NCBI RefSeq assembly: GCF_013315695.1
Contig: NZ_CP054353.1
Strand: one strand, 5' to 3'
DNA: 64,000 nucleotides
Source of the DNA: Escherichia coli
GTDB taxonomy: Bacteria; Pseudomonadota; Gammaproteobacteria; Enterobacterales; Enterobacteriaceae
The stretch's first letter is position 1; each line of letters opens with the position of its first letter. A program made the translations under genes and the position numbers. Below the pieces are notes generated by a model that saw only the letters and a list, made by a program, of their open reading frames with translations, did no database searches and was not told the DNA's origin. Of the stretch, positions 51,031 to 64,000 are shown in pieces.

Positions 51031-53052
51031 ATGCGTCTAAACCCCGGCCAACAACAAGCTGTCGAATTCGTTACCGGCCCCTGCCTGGTGCTGGCAGGCG
51101 CGGGTTCCGGTAAAACTCGTGTCATCACCAATAAAATCGCCCATCTGATCCGCGGTTGCGGTTATCAGGCGCGACATATCGCGGCGGTGACCTTTACCAA
51201 TAAGGCGGCGCGCGAGATGAAAGAGCGTGTCGGGCAGACGCTGGGGCGCAAAGAGGCGCGCGGGCTGATGATTTCCACCTTCCACACGCTGGGGCTGGAT
51301 ATCATCAAGCGTGAGTATGCGGCGTTGGGGATGAAAGCGAACTTTTCGCTGTTTGATGACACCGATCAGCTGGCGTTGCTTAAAGAGCTGACCGAGGGGC
51401 TGATTGAAGATGACAAAGTCCTCCTGCAACAGCTGATTTCGACCATCTCTAACTGGAAGAACGATCTCAAAACACCGTCCCAGGCGGCAGCCAGTGCGAT
51501 TGGCGAGCGGGACCGTATTTTTGCCCATTGTTATGGGCTGTATGATGCACACCTGAAAGCCTGTAACGTTCTCGACTTCGATGATCTGATTTTATTGCCG
51601 ACGTTACTGCTGCAACGCAATGAAGAAGTCCGCGAGCGCTGGCAGAACAAAATTCGCTACCTGCTGGTGGATGAGTATCAGGACACCAACACCAGCCAGT
51701 ATGAACTGGTGAAACTGCTGGTGGGCAGCCGCGCGCGCTTTACCGTAGTTGGCGATGACGATCAGTCGATCTACTCCTGGCGCGGTGCACGTCCGCAAAA
51801 CCTGGTGCTGTTGAGTCAGGATTTCCCGGCACTGAAGGTGATTAAGCTTGAGCAGAACTACCGCTCTTCCGGACGTATTCTGAAAGCGGCGAACATCCTG
51901 ATCGCCAATAACCCGCACGTCTTTGAAAAGCGTCTGTTCTCCGAACTGGGTTACGGCACAGAGCTAAAAGTTTTAAGCGCGAATAACGAGGAACATGAAG
52001 CCGAGCGCGTCACCGGCGAGCTGATCGCCCATCACTTCGTCAATAAAACGCAGTACAAAGATTACGCCATTCTTTATCGCGGCAACCATCAGTCGCGGGT
52101 GTTTGAAAAATTCCTGATGCAAAACCGCATCCCGTACAAAATTTCTGGTGGTACGTCGTTTTTCTCTCGCCCTGAAATCAAGGACTTGCTGGCTTATCTG
52201 CGCGTACTGACTAACCCGGATGATGACAGCGCGTTTTTGCGGATCGTTAACACGCCGAAGCGAGAGATTGGCCCGGCGACGCTGAAAAAGCTGGGTGAGT
52301 GGGCGATGACGCGCAATAAAAGCATGTTTACCGCCAGCTTTGATATGGGCCTGAGTCAGACCCTGAGCGGACGTGGTTATGAAGCATTGACCCGCTTCAC
52401 TCACTGGTTGGCGGAAATCCAGCGTCTGGCGGAGCGGGAGCCGATTGCCGCGGTGCGTGATCTGATCCACGGCATGGATTATGAATCCTGGCTGTACGAA
52501 ACATCGCCCAGCCCGAAAGCCGCCGAAATGCGCATGAAGAACGTCAACCAACTGTTTAGCTGGATGACGGAGATGCTGGAAGGCAGCGAACTGGATGAGC
52601 CGATGACGCTCACCCAGGTGGTGACGCGCTTTACTCTGCGCGACATGATGGAGCGCGGCGAGAGCGAGGAAGAGCTGGATCAGGTGCAACTGATGACTTT
52701 GCACGCGTCAAAAGGACTGGAGTTTCCCTATGTCTACATGGTTGGTATGGAAGAAGGATTTTTGCCCCACCAGAGCAGTATCGATGAAGATAATATCGAT
52801 GAGGAGCGGCGGCTGGCCTATGTCGGCATTACCCGCGCCCAGAAGGAATTGACCTTTACGCTGTGTAAAGAACGCCGTCAGTACGGCGAACTGATGCGCC
52901 CGGAGCCGAGTCGCTTCCTGCTGGAGCTGCCGCAGGATGATTTGATTTGGGAACAGGAGCGCAAAGTGGTCAGCGCCGAAGAACGGATGCAGAAAGGGCA
53001 AAGCCATCTGGCGAATCTGAAAGCGATGATGGCGGCAAAACGAGGGAAATAA
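51031..53052 (+). CDS. rep: ATP-dependent DNA helicase Rep, 673 aa
   Basis: ORF track 51016..53052; start at the ATG giving [31 protein letters not shown] (UvrD/Rep Walker A). Confidence 0.96.
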   Translation: MRLNPGQQQAVEFVTGPCLVLAGAGSGKTRVITNKIAHLIRGCGYQARHIAAVTFTNKAAREMKERVGQTLGRKEARGLMISTFHTLGLDIIKREYAALGMKANFSLFDDTDQLALLKELTEGLIEDDKVLLQQLISTISNWKNDLKTPSQAAASAIGERDRIFAHCYGLYDAHLKACNVLDFDDLILLPTLLLQRNEEVRERWQNKIRYLLVDEYQDTNTSQYELVKLLVGSRARFTVVGDDDQSIYSWRGARPQNLVLLSQDFPALKVIKLEQNYRSSGRILKAANILIANNPHVFEKRLFSELGYGTELKVLSANNEEHEAERVTGELIAHHFVNKTQYKDYAILYRGNHQSRVFEKFLMQNRIPYKISGGTSFFSRPEIKDLLAYLRVLTNPDDDSAFLRIVNTPKREIGPATLKKLGEWAMTRNKSMFTASFDMGLSQTLSGRGYEALTRFTHWLAEIQRLAEREPIAAVRDLIHGMDYESWLYETSPSPKAAEMRMKNVNQLFSWMTEMLEGSELDEPMTLTQVVTRFTLRDMMERGESEEELDQVQLMTLHASKGLEFPYVYMVGMEEGFLPHQSSIDEDNIDEERRLAYVGITRAQKELTFTLCKERRQYGELMRPEPSRFLLELPQDDLIWEQERKVVSAEERMQKGQSHLANLKAMMAAKRGK

Positions 53053-53098
53053 TCAAGGCCGGAAAAGATGTGTCAGCATCGCATCCGGCACTTACTCA

Positions 53099-54583
53099 TT
53101 AATGCACTTCCAGCGGCCAGTGGACATAGCTCTGCCACTGGCTTTCCTGATCAATAATCTCTTTACCCAGCGGATGTTGGGTTAGCCAACCTTGCGGAAG
53201 CGTCAAGGTCAACAGTTCATGGTTAGCCTGTAATGTCATCTCTGGCACGAGATCGTCACGACGACGGCTGGCAAAAATGATAGCCAGGCGGAGTAAACGG
53301 CAGAGTTGTTCTGCGACGCGCGGTGGTACGGCATTTTGCTGATGCAGCGATGAGAGATCGACCGGATTAGTCTGGTTGAGCAGTAGCATCGCCAGCAATT
53401 TTTTCTGTGCGGGGGTAAAACCGGGAAGATCCAGATTACGCACCAGATAAGCAGCGTGTTGCGGCGCTTGTTTAAAGTCAACGCTCAGGCCGATTTCATG
53501 AAGCTGACAGGCGCTGATGAGCAAATCGCGGCTTATTGCTTCAAGATGCCATTCACTTTCCACCTGATCGAAGAAGTTAGCTGCAACTTTGGCTACGCGC
53601 TGTGCCTGATCAATATCGATCATAAAGCGGCGCTGAATATTACGTAGCGTACGGCTGCGAATATCCTGCTCGACGGCCAGATGCAACATGCCGTAGACCA
53701 GGCCTTCACGCAGCGCACCGCCCGCCAGGGTCATACACTGAATATTCAGTTCGGTAAAAATGGCTATCAGGATCGCCAGACCACTCGGGAACACTAACGC
53801 ACGTTCCAGCGTCAGCCCGTCAATCTCCAGTTCCTCCAGCCGACCGCAATGAATGGCGCGCTGTTTCAGTTGCTGCAACTTTTCCAGGGTAATGCGTTCA
53901 TCCATCCCCTGTGCCATCATGATTTCCTGTAACGCCTGCACGGTGCCGGAAGCGCCAACGCACACTTTCCAGCCGTGATACCGTAATTCATCGGCAACCG
54001 GACGTAACACTTTGCGTGCCGCTTTTTCTGCAGCATCAAAATTTTCCTGCCCCAGATTACGATCGGCAAAATAGCGTTCCAGCCAGGTGACGCAGCCCAT
54101 CGACAGGCTGAACAACGAGGTGGTTTGTGCACCCGTGCCGGTTACCAGTTCCGTACTGGCACCGCCTATATCCACCACCAGGCGCTGATCGGCACCGCCA
54201 GTTGTGTGAGCAACGCCCTGATAAATCAGACGTGCTTCCTCTTCACCGCTGATCACCTGTACCGGACAACCGAGGATTTCCTGTGCTTTGGCAATAAAAT
54301 CACCCGCATTGACGGCAAGTCGTAATGTCGCCGTAGCGACAACGCGAATTTGCGAGGGAGGGATATCTTGCAGACGTTCAGCAAACAGGCGCAGACATTG
54401 CCAACCGCGCTCCATTGCTTCATTAGAGAGGGCATTTTCGCTATTCAGGCCAGCAGCCAGACGCACTTTGCGTTTAATTCGCGTCAGCGTCTGGATGCTT
54501 CCAGCCATCTCGCGCACAACCAGCATATGAAAACTATTCGAACCGAGATCAATGGCTGCATACAGCGACGAGGTGGAACCCAT
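53099..54583 (-). CDS. gppA: Guanosine pentaphosphate phosphohydrolase / exopolyphosphatase GppA, 494 aa
   Basis: ORF track 53099..54592; start at the ATG giving [23 protein letters not shown]. Confidence 0.94.
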   Translation of the reverse strand: MGSTSSLYAAIDLGSNSFHMLVVREMAGSIQTLTRIKRKVRLAAGLNSENALSNEAMERGWQCLRLFAERLQDIPPSQIRVVATATLRLAVNAGDFIAKAQEILGCPVQVISGEEEARLIYQGVAHTTGGADQRLVVDIGGASTELVTGTGAQTTSLFSLSMGCVTWLERYFADRNLGQENFDAAEKAARKVLRPVADELRYHGWKVCVGASGTVQALQEIMMAQGMDERITLEKLQQLKQRAIHCGRLEELEIDGLTLERALVFPSGLAILIAIFTELNIQCMTLAGGALREGLVYGMLHLAVEQDIRSRTLRNIQRRFMIDIDQAQRVAKVAANFFDQVESEWHLEAISRDLLISACQLHEIGLSVDFKQAPQHAAYLVRNLDLPGFTPAQKKLLAMLLLNQTNPVDLSSLHQQNAVPPRVAEQLCRLLRLAIIFASRRRDDLVPEMTLQANHELLTLTLPQGWLTQHPLGKEIIDQESQWQSYVHWPLEVH

Positions 54584-54718
54584 ACTCTTCATCCTTCAAT
54601 CTGTCTCTGCGTTGGCTGCATTCTTTCACCTGAATCACTTACTACAGTAAACTCATCGGGATTCATTCTCTTGCCATCTTGATACAGCTTGAATGATTTG
54701 GAGTATGACATTTTTTAT

Positions 54719-55984
54719 TTAACCTGAACGACGACGATTACGCGGAGTGCCAGTACGACGCGGACCATTGCCTGTGCGCGGGCGCGTGAGGCGCAGCGGT
54801 TTTGGCAGATCGGTCATCAATGCGTCCGGATTGTATTTGCTTACCGGAATTGAGTGACCAATATAGGTCTCAATAGCAGGCAAATTCAATGCATACTCTT
54901 CACACGCCAGGCTGATGGAATGACCACTTGCGCCTGCACGACCTGTACGACCAATACGGTGAACGTAATCTTCACAGTCATCGGGTAAATCGTAGTTAAA
55001 GACGTGCGTCACAGCCGGGATATGCAGACCACGCGCGGCAACGTCGGTGGCAACCAGAATATCCAGATCCCCACGGGTAAATTCATCAAGAATACGCAGA
55101 CGTTTTTTCTGCGCGACATCGCCTGTCAACAAACCGACACGATGACCATCTGCCGCCAGGTGGCCCCAGATCTCTTCACAACGGTGTTTGGTGTTGGCGA
55201 AAATAATCGCTCTGTCTGGCCACTCTTCTTCGATCAGCGTTTGCAGCAAACGCATTTTTTCTTCGTTAGAAGGGTAGAAAAGCTCTTCTTTAATACGGTG
55301 GCCCGTTTTCTGTTCCGGTTCCACTTCAATATATTCGGCATTGTTCATCTGCTCGAACGCCAGTTCACGTACCCGGTACGAAAGCGTGGCGGAGAACAGC
55401 ATGTTGAGGCGCTGGTTTGCAGGTGGCATACGGCGGAACAGCCAGCGGATATCTTTAATAAAGCCCAGATCGTACATGCGATCGGCTTCGTCCAGCACCA
55501 CCACCTGAATGGCTCCGAGGTTAATGTGGTTCTGCTTGGCGTAGTCAATTAAACGACCCGTGGTGCCAATCAGAATGTCAACGCCGCTTTCCAGCACTTT
55601 CAGCTGTTTGTCGTAGCCATCACCACCGTAAGCCAGACCCAGCTTCAGGCCGGTAGCTTGCGCAAGTGGCTCCGCGTCGGCGTGGATCTGCACGGCAAGT
55701 TCACGCGTCGGTGCCATAATTAAGGCACGCGGTTGATTCACCTTGCGATCGGCTATCGCAGGATGAGAGAGAAGATAATGAAACGTTGACGTAAGAAACG
55801 CCATCGTTTTCCCGGTACCGGTTTGCGCCTGCCCGGCTACGTCACGACCCGCCAGCGTCAGCGGAAGGGCCAGTGCCTGAATGGGCGTACAGTTATGAAA
55901 CCCTTTTTTTTCAAGGGCTTCTACAACCTTCTGATGCAGGGCGAAGTCGGAAAACTTCTGTTCTGTTAAATGTGTTTTGCTCAT
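54719..55984 (-). CDS. rhlB: DEAD-box RNA helicase RhlB, 421 aa
   Basis: ORF track; Q motif, Walker A (AQTGTGKT), DEAD box (VLDEADRM), Arg-rich C-terminus. Confidence 0.96.
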   Translation of the reverse strand: MSKTHLTEQKFSDFALHQKVVEALEKKGFHNCTPIQALALPLTLAGRDVAGQAQTGTGKTMAFLTSTFHYLLSHPAIADRKVNQPRALIMAPTRELAVQIHADAEPLAQATGLKLGLAYGGDGYDKQLKVLESGVDILIGTTGRLIDYAKQNHINLGAIQVVVLDEADRMYDLGFIKDIRWLFRRMPPANQRLNMLFSATLSYRVRELAFEQMNNAEYIEVEPEQKTGHRIKEELFYPSNEEKMRLLQTLIEEEWPDRAIIFANTKHRCEEIWGHLAADGHRVGLLTGDVAQKKRLRILDEFTRGDLDILVATDVAARGLHIPAVTHVFNYDLPDDCEDYVHRIGRTGRAGASGHSISLACEEYALNLPAIETYIGHSIPVSKYNPDALMTDLPKPLRLTRPRTGNGPRRTGTPRNRRRSG

Positions 55985-56114
55985 AGTGTGGTAGAATATC
56001 AGCTTACTATTGCTTTACGAAAGCGTATCCGGTGAAATAAAGTCAACCTTTAGTTGGTTAATGTTACACCAACAACGAAACCAACACGCCAGGCTTATTC
56101 CTGTGGAGTTATAT

Positions 56115-56444
56115 ATGAGCGATAAAATTATTCACCTGACTGACGACAGTTTTGACACGGATGTACTCAAAGCGGACGGGGCGATCCTCGTTGATTTCTG
56201 GGCAGAGTGGTGCGGTCCGTGCAAAATGATCGCCCCGATTCTGGATGAAATCGCTGACGAATATCAGGGCAAACTGACCGTTGCAAAACTGAACATCGAT
56301 CAAAACCCTGGCACTGCGCCGAAATATGGCATCCGTGGTATCCCGACTCTGCTGCTGTTCAAAAATGGTGAAGTGGCGGCAACCAAAGTGGGCGCACTGT
56401 CTAAAGGTCAGTTGAAAGAGTTCCTCGACGCTAACCTGGCGTAA
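56115..56444 (+). CDS. trxA: Thioredoxin 1, 109 aa
   Basis: ORF track 56010..56444; start at the ATG giving [37 protein letters not shown] (WCGPC active site). Confidence 0.97.
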
Positions 56445-56513
56445 GGGAATTTCATGTTCGGGTGCCCCGTCGCTAAAAACTGGACGCCCGGCGTGAGTCA
56501 TGCTAACTTAGTG

Positions 56514-56542
56514 TTGACTTCGTATTAAACATACCTTATTAA
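56514..56542 (+). promoter_or_regulatory. rho promoter
   Basis: TTGACT (-35), 17-bp spacer, TATTAA (-10) upstream of the rho leader. Confidence 0.7.
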
Positions 56543-56584
56543 GTTTGAATCTTGTAATTTCCAACGCTTCCCGTTTTATCTTAA

Positions 56585-56686
56585 ATGCGAAGTGAACAGA
56601 TTTCTGGCTCGTCACTCAATCCGTCTTGTCGTTTCAGTTCTGCGTACTCTCCTGTGACCAGACAGCGAAAAGACATGAGTCGATGA
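56585..56686 (+). CDS. rhoL: rho leader peptide RhoL, 33 aa (coordinates within 1 nt)
   Basis: Encodes MRSEQISGSSLNPSCRFSSAYSPVTRQRKDMSR in the rho leader; stop TGA placed at 56684..56686. Confidence 0.7.
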   Translation: MRSEQISGSSLNPSCRFSSAYSPVTRQRKDMSR

Positions 56687-56770
56687 CCGTAAACAGGCAT
56701 GGATGATCCTGCCATACCATTCACAACATTAAGTTCGAGATTTACCCCAAGTTTAAGAACTCACACCACT

Positions 56771-58030
56771 ATGAATCTTACCGAATTAAAGAATACGCCG
56801 GTTTCTGAGCTGATCACTCTCGGCGAAAATATGGGGCTGGAAAACCTGGCTCGTATGCGTAAGCAGGACATTATTTTTGCCATCCTGAAGCAGCACGCAA
56901 AGAGTGGCGAAGATATCTTTGGTGATGGCGTACTGGAGATATTGCAGGATGGATTTGGTTTCCTCCGTTCCGCAGACAGCTCCTACCTCGCCGGTCCTGA
57001 TGACATCTACGTTTCCCCTAGCCAAATCCGCCGTTTCAACCTCCGCACTGGTGATACCATCTCTGGTAAGATTCGCCCGCCGAAAGAAGGTGAACGCTAT
57101 TTTGCGCTGCTGAAAGTTAACGAAGTTAACTTCGACAAACCTGAAAACGCCCGCAACAAAATCCTCTTTGAGAACTTAACCCCGCTGCACGCAAACTCTC
57201 GTCTGCGTATGGAACGTGGTAACGGTTCTACGGAAGATTTAACCGCTCGCGTACTGGATCTGGCATCACCTATCGGTCGTGGTCAGCGTGGTCTGATTGT
57301 GGCACCGCCGAAAGCCGGTAAAACCATGCTGCTGCAGAACATTGCTCAGAGCATTGCTTACAACCACCCGGATTGCGTACTGATGGTTCTGCTGATCGAC
57401 GAACGTCCGGAAGAAGTAACCGAGATGCAGCGTCTGGTTAAAGGTGAAGTTGTTGCTTCTACCTTTGACGAACCCGCATCTCGCCACGTTCAGGTTGCGG
57501 AAATGGTGATCGAGAAGGCGAAACGCCTGGTTGAGCACAAGAAAGACGTTATCATTCTGCTCGACTCCATCACTCGTCTGGCGCGCGCTTACAACACCGT
57601 TGTTCCGGCGTCAGGTAAAGTGTTGACCGGTGGTGTGGACGCCAACGCCCTGCATCGTCCGAAACGCTTCTTCGGTGCGGCGCGTAACGTGGAAGAGGGC
57701 GGCAGCCTGACCATTATCGCGACGGCGCTTATCGATACCGGTTCTAAAATGGACGAAGTTATCTACGAAGAGTTTAAAGGTACAGGCAACATGGAACTGC
57801 ACCTCTCTCGTAAGATCGCTGAAAAACGCGTCTTCCCGGCTATCGACTACAACCGTTCCGGTACCCGTAAAGAAGAGCTGCTCACGACTCAGGAAGAACT
57901 GCAGAAAATGTGGATCCTGCGCAAAATCATTCACCCGATGGGCGAAATCGATGCAATGGAATTCCTCATTAATAAACTGGCAATGACCAAGACCAATGAC
58001 GATTTCTTCGAAATGATGAAACGTTCATAA
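56771..58030 (+). CDS. rho: Transcription termination factor Rho, 419 aa
   Basis: ORF track 56699..58030; start at the ATG giving [40 protein letters not shown]. Confidence 0.97.
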
Positions 58031-58045
58031 ATTTGTCTTATGCCA

Positions 58046-58078
58046 AAAACGCCACGTGTTTACGTGGCGTTTTGCTTT
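58046..58078 (+). terminator. Rho-independent terminator downstream of rho
   Basis: AAAACGCCACGTGTTTACGTGGCGTTTT hairpin plus T-rich tail. Confidence 0.8.
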
Positions 58079-58269
58079 TATATCTGTAATCTTAATGCCG
58101 CGCTGGCGATGCTAGGAAAATTCCTGGAATTTGCTGGTGTGTTATGCAATTTGCATATCAAATGGTTAATTTTTGCACAGGACTGGTGGGTTCGGAACGG
58201 ACTTTCCCTTCTGAATAAAGGTCTTCGTGGTTATACTTCTGCTAATAATTTTCTCTGAGAGCATGCATT

Positions 58270-59373
58270 GTGAATTTACTGACAGTGAGTACTGATCTCA
58301 TCAGTATTTTTTTATTCACGACACTGTTTCTGTTTTTTGCCCGTAAGGTGGCAAAAAAAGTCGGTTTAGTGGATAAACCAAACTTCCGCAAACGTCACCA
58401 GGGATTGATACCTCTCGTTGGGGGGATTTCGGTTTACGCAGGGATTTGCTTCACGTTCGGAATTGTCGATTACTATATTCCGCATGCATCTCTCTATCTC
58501 GCTTGTGCCGGTGTGCTTGTTTTCATTGGCGCGCTGGATGACCGTTTTGATATCAGCGTAAAAATCCGTGCCACCATACAGGCCGCTGTTGGCATTGTTA
58601 TGATGGTGTTCGGCAAACTTTATCTCAGTAGCCTGGGTTATATCTTTGGCTCCTGGGAGATGGTGCTCGGACCGTTTGGTTACTTCCTGACGCTATTTGC
58701 CGTCTGGGCGGCAATTAATGCGTTCAACATGGTTGATGGCATTGATGGCTTGCTGGGCGGGTTGTCCTGCGTCTCGTTTGCAGCAATCGGTATGATTTTG
58801 TGGTTCGACGGGCAAACCAGTCTCGCAATCTGGTGCTTTGCGATGATCGCCGCCATCCTGCCATACATCATGCTTAACCTTGGTATCCTGGGTCGCCGCT
58901 ACAAAGTCTTTATGGGGGATGCGGGCAGTACGCTGATTGGTTTTACCGTTATCTGGATCCTGCTCGAAACGACCCAGGGCAAAACTCATCCCATCAGCCC
59001 GGTTACCGCTTTGTGGATAATCGCCATTCCACTAATGGATATGGTGGCGATTATGTACCGTCGCCTGCGTAAAGGCATGAGCCCATTCTCTCCTGACCGT
59101 CAGCATATTCACCATTTGATCATGCGTGCCGGGTTTACTTCCCGCCAGGCGTTTGTGCTGATTACCCTTGCCGCAGCACTGCTCGCTTCCATTGGCGTGC
59201 TGGCAGAATATTCTCATTTTGTCCCGGAGTGGGTCATGCTGGTGCTCTTTTTGCTAGCATTCTTCCTCTATGGATATTGCATCAAGCGTGCCTGGAAAGT
59301 TGCTCGCTTTATTAAGCGCGTAAAACGCAGACTGCGTAGAAATCGTGGTGGCAGCCCCAATTTAACCAAATAA
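58270..59373 (+). CDS. wecA: UDP-GlcNAc:undecaprenyl-phosphate GlcNAc-1-phosphate transferase WecA (Rfe), 367 aa, GTG start
   Basis: ORF track; polytopic membrane protein with MraY/WecA family motifs (NAFNMVDGIDGL). Confidence 0.95.
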   Translation: MNLLTVSTDLISIFLFTTLFLFFARKVAKKVGLVDKPNFRKRHQGLIPLVGGISVYAGICFTFGIVDYYIPHASLYLACAGVLVFIGALDDRFDISVKIRATIQAAVGIVMMVFGKLYLSSLGYIFGSWEMVLGPFGYFLTLFAVWAAINAFNMVDGIDGLLGGLSCVSFAAIGMILWFDGQTSLAIWCFAMIAAILPYIMLNLGILGRRYKVFMGDAGSTLIGFTVIWILLETTQGKTHPISPVTALWIIAIPLMDMVAIMYRRLRKGMSPFSPDRQHIHHLIMRAGFTSRQAFVLITLAAALLASIGVLAEYSHFVPEWVMLVLFLLAFFLYGYCIKRAWKVARFIKRVKRRLRRNRGGSPNLTK

Positions 59374-59384
59374 ATGAGGATGTG

Positions 59385-60431
59385 ATGACACAACCAATGC
59401 CTGGGAAACCGGCCGAAGACGCTGAAAATGAACTGGATATTCGTGGGTTGTTTCGTACCTTGTGGGCTGGGAAGCTGTGGATTATTGGCATGGGGCTGGC
59501 GTTTGCGTTAATCGCGCTGGCGTATACTTTTTTTGCTCGCCAGGAGTGGAGCTCGACAGCGATTACCGATCGTCCAACGGTGAATATGCTGGGGGGATAT
59601 TACTCACAGCAGCAATTTTTGCGTAACCTGGATGTCCGTTCAAACATGGCTTCTGCCGACCAACCATCGGTCATGGACGAAGCCTATAAAGAGTTTGTTA
59701 TGCAACTGGCCTCGTGGGATACCCGCAGAGAGTTCTGGCTGCAAACCGACTATTACAAGCAGCGGATGGTGGGCAACAGCAAAGCAGATGCGGCGTTGCT
59801 GGATGAAATGATCAACAACATCGTGTTTATTCCCGGTGACTTCACCCGCGCGGTCAATGACAGCGTGAAGCTGATTGCCGAAACTGCGCCTGACGCTAAT
59901 AACCTGTTACGTCAGTATGTTGCTTTTGCCAGCCAGCGTGCAGCCAGCCATCTGAATGATGAGCTGAAAGGCGCATGGGCGGCACGCACCATCCAGATGA
60001 AAGCTCAGGTGAAGCGTCAGGAAGAGGTGGCGAAAGCCATCTACGATCGCCGGATGAACAGTATTGAACAGGCGCTGAAAATTGCTGAGCAGCATAATAT
60101 TTCGCGCAGTGCGACAGATGTGCCTGCCGAGGAATTACCTGATTCAGAAATGTTCCTGCTTGGGCGTCCAATGCTCCAGGCTCGACTGGAAAATTTACAG
60201 GCCGTCGGTCCGGCCTTTGATCTCGACTATGATCAGAATCGGGCCATGTTAAACACCCTGAATGTTGGTCCAACCCTGGATCCGCGTTTTCAGACCTATC
60301 GCTATTTGCGTACGCCGGAAGAACCGGTAAAACGCGATAGCCCACGTCGTGCCTTCCTGATGATTATGTGGGGCATTGTCGGGGGGCTGATCGGGGCTGG
60401 TGTCGCATTAACCCGCCGTTGCTCGAAATAG
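59385..60431 (+). CDS. wzzE: ECA polysaccharide chain-length modulator WzzE, 348 aa
   Basis: ORF track 59382..60431; start at the ATG giving [23 protein letters not shown]. Confidence 0.93.
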   Translation: MTQPMPGKPAEDAENELDIRGLFRTLWAGKLWIIGMGLAFALIALAYTFFARQEWSSTAITDRPTVNMLGGYYSQQQFLRNLDVRSNMASADQPSVMDEAYKEFVMQLASWDTRREFWLQTDYYKQRMVGNSKADAALLDEMINNIVFIPGDFTRAVNDSVKLIAETAPDANNLLRQYVAFASQRAASHLNDELKGAWAARTIQMKAQVKRQEEVAKAIYDRRMNSIEQALKIAEQHNISRSATDVPAEELPDSEMFLLGRPMLQARLENLQAVGPAFDLDYDQNRAMLNTLNVGPTLDPRFQTYRYLRTPEEPVKRDSPRRAFLMIMWGIVGGLIGAGVALTRRCSK

Positions 60432-60486
60432 CAACACTGCTGCGGCGAGCGCAAAGGCGCTCGCCGCTTATTCGAAGAGAATCGAT

Positions 60487-61617
60487 GTGAAAGTACTGAC
60501 TGTATTTGGTACGCGCCCGGAAGCCATCAAGATGGCTCCGTTGGTGCATGCGTTGGCAAAAGATCCTTTTTTTGAGGCTAAAGTTTGCGTCACTGCGCAG
60601 CATCGGGAGATGCTCGATCAGGTGCTGAAACTCTTTTCCATTGTACCTGACTACGATCTCAACATAATGCAGCCAGGACAGGGCCTGACAGAGATAACCT
60701 GTCGGATTCTGGAAGGGCTAAAACCTATTCTTGCCGAGTTCAAACCAGACGTCGTGCTGGTTCACGGCGATACTACTACAACGCTGGCAACCAGCCTGGC
60801 GGCGTTTTATCAGCGTATTCCAGTTGGTCACGTTGAGGCAGGTCTGCGCACGGGCGATCTCTATTCGCCGTGGCCGGAAGAGGCTAACCGTACATTGACC
60901 GGGCATCTGGCGATGTATCACTTCTCTCCAACCGAAACTTCCCGGCAAAACTTACTGCGTGAAAACGTTGCTGACAGCCGAATCTTCATTACCGGTAATA
61001 CTGTCATCGATGCACTGTTATGGGTGCGTGACCAGGTGATGAGCAGCGACACGCTGCGTTCAGAACTGGCGGCAAATTACCCGTTTATCGACCCCGATAA
61101 AAAGATGATTCTGGTGACCGGTCACAGGCGTGAGAGCTTCGGTCGTGGCTTTGAAAAAATCTGCCAGGCGCTGGCAGACATCGCCACCACGCACCAGGAC
61201 ATCCAGATTGTCTATCCGGTGCATCTCAACCCGAACGTCAGAGAGCCGGTCAATCGCATTCTGGGGCATGTGAAAAATGTCATTCTGATCGATCCCCAGG
61301 AGTATTTACCGTTTGTCTGGCTGATGAACCACGCCTGGCTGATTTTGACCGACTCAGGCGGCATTCAGGAAGAAGCGCCTTCGCTGGGGAAACCGGTGCT
61401 GGTGATGCGCGATACCACTGAGCGTCCGGAAGCGGTGACAGCGGGGACGGTGCGTCTGGTCGGCACGGATAAGCAGCGAATTGTCGAGGAAGTGACGCGT
61501 CTTTTAAAAGACGAAAACGAATATCAAGCTATGAGCCGCGCCCATAACCCGTATGGTGATGGTCAGGCATGCTCTCGCATTCTGGAAGCGTTAAAAAATA
61601 ATCGGATATCACTATGA
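60487..61617 (+). CDS. wecB: UDP-N-acetylglucosamine 2-epimerase WecB (RffE), 376 aa, GTG start
   Basis: ORF track; [23 protein letters not shown]. Confidence 0.95.
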   Translation: MKVLTVFGTRPEAIKMAPLVHALAKDPFFEAKVCVTAQHREMLDQVLKLFSIVPDYDLNIMQPGQGLTEITCRILEGLKPILAEFKPDVVLVHGDTTTTLATSLAAFYQRIPVGHVEAGLRTGDLYSPWPEEANRTLTGHLAMYHFSPTETSRQNLLRENVADSRIFITGNTVIDALLWVRDQVMSSDTLRSELAANYPFIDPDKKMILVTGHRRESFGRGFEKICQALADIATTHQDIQIVYPVHLNPNVREPVNRILGHVKNVILIDPQEYLPFVWLMNHAWLILTDSGGIQEEAPSLGKPVLVMRDTTERPEAVTAGTVRLVGTDKQRIVEEVTRLLKDENEYQAMSRAHNPYGDGQACSRILEALKNNRISL

Positions 61618-62876
61618 GTTTTGCGACCATTTCTGTTATCGGACTGGGTTACATCGGGCTGCCTACAGCAGCTGCGTTTGCCTCAAGGCAAAAACAGGTG
61701 ATTGGTGTCGATATCAACCAACACGCGGTTGATACCATCAATCGTGGCGAAATCCATATCGTCGAGCCTGATTTGGCGAGCGTAGTAAAAACTGCCGTAG
61801 AAGGCGGTTTTTTACGAGCGAGCACGACGCCAGTTGAAGCGGATGCCTGGCTGATTGCTGTACCCACGCCGTTTAAAGGCGATCATGAGCCAGATATGAC
61901 CTACGTTGAATCGGCTGCTCGCTCCATTGCGCCAGTGCTGAAAAAAGGCGCGCTGGTGATCCTTGAATCCACCTCGCCGGTGGGGTCAACCGAGAAGATG
62001 GCAGAATGGTTAGCAGAGATGCGTCCAGATCTCACTTTCCCACAGCAGGTGGGCGAGTTGGCGGACGTCAACATTGCTTACTGCCCGGAACGCGTGTTAC
62101 CGGGCCAGGTTATGGTTGAGCTGATTAAAAACGATCGCGTGATTGGTGGTATGACACCGGTTTGTTCGGCCCGCGCCAGCGAACTGTACAAAATTTTCCT
62201 CGAAGGTGAGTGTGTCGTCACTAACTCGCGGACGGCGGAAATGTGTAAGCTCACCGAAAACAGCTTCCGCGATGTGAATATCGCTTTTGCTAACGAACTG
62301 TCGCTGATTTGTGCCGATCAGGGAATTAACGTCTGGGAACTGATTCGCCTGGCGAATCGTCACCCTCGCGTTAATATTCTTCAGCCTGGTCCTGGCGTGG
62401 GCGGTCACTGCATTGCTGTTGATCCGTGGTTTATCGTGGCACAGAACCCGCAGCAGGCGCGGCTTATCCGTACCGCGCGCGAAGTGAACGATCACAAACC
62501 GTTCTGGGTTATCGATCAGGTGAAAGCGGCGGTTGCCGACTGCCTTGCTGCTACCGATAAACGCGCCAGTGAACTGAAAATCGCCTGCTTTGGTCTGGCG
62601 TTTAAACCGAATATTGATGACCTGCGCGAAAGCCCGGCGATGGAAATCGCTGAACTGATCGCCCAGTGGCATAGCGGCGAAACGCTGGTTGTTGAGCCTA
62701 ACATCCACCAGTTGCCGAAAAAACTGACCGGGCTTTGTACTCTGGCGCAGCTTGACGAGGCGCTGGCAACGGCAGATGTGCTGGTGATGTTGGTCGATCA
62801 TAGTCAGTTCAAGGTTATCAATGGCGACAACGTCCATCAGCAGTATGTCGTCGATGCCAAAGGAGTCTGGCGCTGA
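61614..62876 (+). CDS. wecC: UDP-N-acetyl-D-mannosamine dehydrogenase WecC (RffD), 420 aa
   Basis: ORF track; N-terminal Rossmann fold ([18 protein letters not shown]); start overlaps wecB stop. Confidence 0.95.
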   Translation: MSFATISVIGLGYIGLPTAAAFASRQKQVIGVDINQHAVDTINRGEIHIVEPDLASVVKTAVEGGFLRASTTPVEADAWLIAVPTPFKGDHEPDMTYVESAARSIAPVLKKGALVILESTSPVGSTEKMAEWLAEMRPDLTFPQQVGELADVNIAYCPERVLPGQVMVELIKNDRVIGGMTPVCSARASELYKIFLEGECVVTNSRTAEMCKLTENSFRDVNIAFANELSLICADQGINVWELIRLANRHPRVNILQPGPGVGGHCIAVDPWFIVAQNPQQARLIRTAREVNDHKPFWVIDQVKAAVADCLAATDKRASELKIACFGLAFKPNIDDLRESPAMEIAELIAQWHSGETLVVEPNIHQLPKKLTGLCTLAQLDEALATADVLVMLVDHSQFKVINGDNVHQQYVVDAKGVWR

Positions 62877-63943
62877 TGAGAAAGATTCTGATAACAGGTG
62901 GTGCCGGGTTTATTGGCTCAGCGCTGGTGCGTTATATCATCAACGAAACGAGCGACGCGGTGATAGTGGTCGATAAGCTGACCTACGCCGGAAATCTGAT
63001 GTCGCTGGCACCGGTCGCGCAAAGCGAGCGCTTTGCCTTTGAGAAAGTTGATATCTGCGATCGGGCAGAACTGGCGCGCGTATTCACTGAGCATCAGCCA
63101 GACTGTGTCATGCATCTGGCAGCCGAAAGCCATGTTGACCGTTCTATTGACGGCCCGGCAGCGTTTATTGAAACCAACATTGTCGGGACTTATACATTGC
63201 TTGAAGCGGCGCGGACTTACTGGAATGCGCTGACGGAAGATAAAAAATCAGCGTTCCGTTTTCATCATATCTCCACCGACGAAGTATATGGTGACCTGCA
63301 CTCGACGGATGATTTCTTCACCGAAACCACGCCGTATGCGCCGAGCAGCCCTTATTCCGCTTCAAAAGCCAGCAGTGACCATCTGGTACGCGCCTGGCTG
63401 CGGACCTATGGTCTGCCGACGCTTATCACCAACTGCTCGAATAACTACGGCCCTTACCACTTTCCGGAAAAACTGATCCCGCTGATGATCCTCAACGCGC
63501 TGGCGGGTAAACCGCTGCCGGTATATGGCAACGGGCAGCAAATCCGTGACTGGCTGTATGTTGAAGATCACGCCCGCGCGCTGTATTGCGTGGCGACCAC
63601 CGGGAAAGTCGGTGAAACCTATAATATTGGTGGTCACAACGAGCGTAAGAATCTCGATGTTGTGGAAACCATTTGCGAGCTGCTGGAAGAACTGGCTCCG
63701 AATAAGCCGCACGGCGTGGCGCACTATCGTGACCTGATCACCTTTGTCGCTGACCGTCCGGGGCATGATCTGCGTTATGCCATTGATGCTTCGAAAATTG
63801 CCCGTGAACTTGGCTGGCTGCCGCAGGAAACCTTTGAAAGTGGAATGCGTAAAACGGTGCAGTGGTATCTGGCTAATGAAATCTGGTGGAAGCAGGTGCA
63901 GGACGGCAGCTATCAGGGCGAGCGTTTAGGTCTGAAAGGCTAA
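62876..63943 (+). CDS. rffG: dTDP-glucose 4,6-dehydratase RffG, 355 aa
   Basis: ORF track; [22 protein letters not shown] (NAD-binding GxxGxxG). Confidence 0.95.
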   Translation: MRKILITGGAGFIGSALVRYIINETSDAVIVVDKLTYAGNLMSLAPVAQSERFAFEKVDICDRAELARVFTEHQPDCVMHLAAESHVDRSIDGPAAFIETNIVGTYTLLEAARTYWNALTEDKKSAFRFHHISTDEVYGDLHSTDDFFTETTPYAPSSPYSASKASSDHLVRAWLRTYGLPTLITNCSNNYGPYHFPEKLIPLMILNALAGKPLPVYGNGQQIRDWLYVEDHARALYCVATTGKVGETYNIGGHNERKNLDVVETICELLEELAPNKPHGVAHYRDLITFVADRPGHDLRYAIDASKIARELGWLPQETFESGMRKTVQWYLANEIWWKQVQDGSYQGERLGLKG

Positions 63944-63961
63944 TTTTCAGCGGAGGCAGAC

Positions 63962-64000
63962 ATGAAAGGTATTATCCTGGCGGGCGGTTCCGGCACCCGA
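63962..64000 (+). CDS. rffH: Glucose-1-phosphate thymidylyltransferase RffH, 5' end only (runs off the window)
   Basis: ATG at 63962 followed by MKGIILAGGSGTR. Confidence 0.85.
   Translation, partial: MKGIILAGGSGTR

Noticed and set aside
53053-53098. Palindromic element between rep and gppA that looks like a REP sequence
   Set aside because: GCCGGAAAAGATGTGTCAGCATCGCATCCGGC has REP-like character, but I cannot match it confidently to the REP consensus without alignment; it may simply be a convergent-gene terminator hairpin.
56581-56690. Possible single-base discrepancy in the rhoL leader
   Set aside because: My codon count for rhoL differs by 1 nt from the printed coordinates. This is more likely my miscount than a real indel, so it is not reported as a finding and rhoL coordinates are given as approximate.

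Overview
This window is Escherichia coli core chromosome from the origin-proximal region. Gene order on the + strand is dnaA-dnaN-recF-gyrB, yidB, yidA, yidX, dgoRKA(D)T, cbrA, yidR, yidQ, ibpAB, yidE, a yidP fragment, then kup, rbsDACBKR, hsrA, yieP, a complete rrnC-type rRNA operon (16S, tRNA-Glu, 23S, 5S, tRNA-Asp, tRNA-Trp), hdfR, yifE, comM, ilvL-ilvX-ilvGMEDA, ilvY, ilvC, ppiC, a yifN-like ORF, rep, gppA, rhlB, trxA, rhoL-rho, and the start of the ECA cluster (wecA, wzzE, wecB, wecC, rffG, rffH start). Gene starts were refined from the ORF track by recognising known N-termini. I found no CRISPR array, prophage, integron or defence island, and I do not claim a novel system. What departs from the K-12 picture is IS-driven: (1) a complete 768-bp IS1 with a perfect 9-bp target-site duplication splits dgoD; (2) a complete 1426-bp IS4 with no target duplication sits at a junction joining a 5'-truncated yidP to the kup upstream region, and dnaA lies on the same strand as kup/rrnC/rho, which implies an inversion of the oriC-containing segment relative to K-12; (3) ilvG is an intact 548-aa ORF, so the strain is not wild-type K-12. 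Identifications rest on recognition from memory, not database searches.
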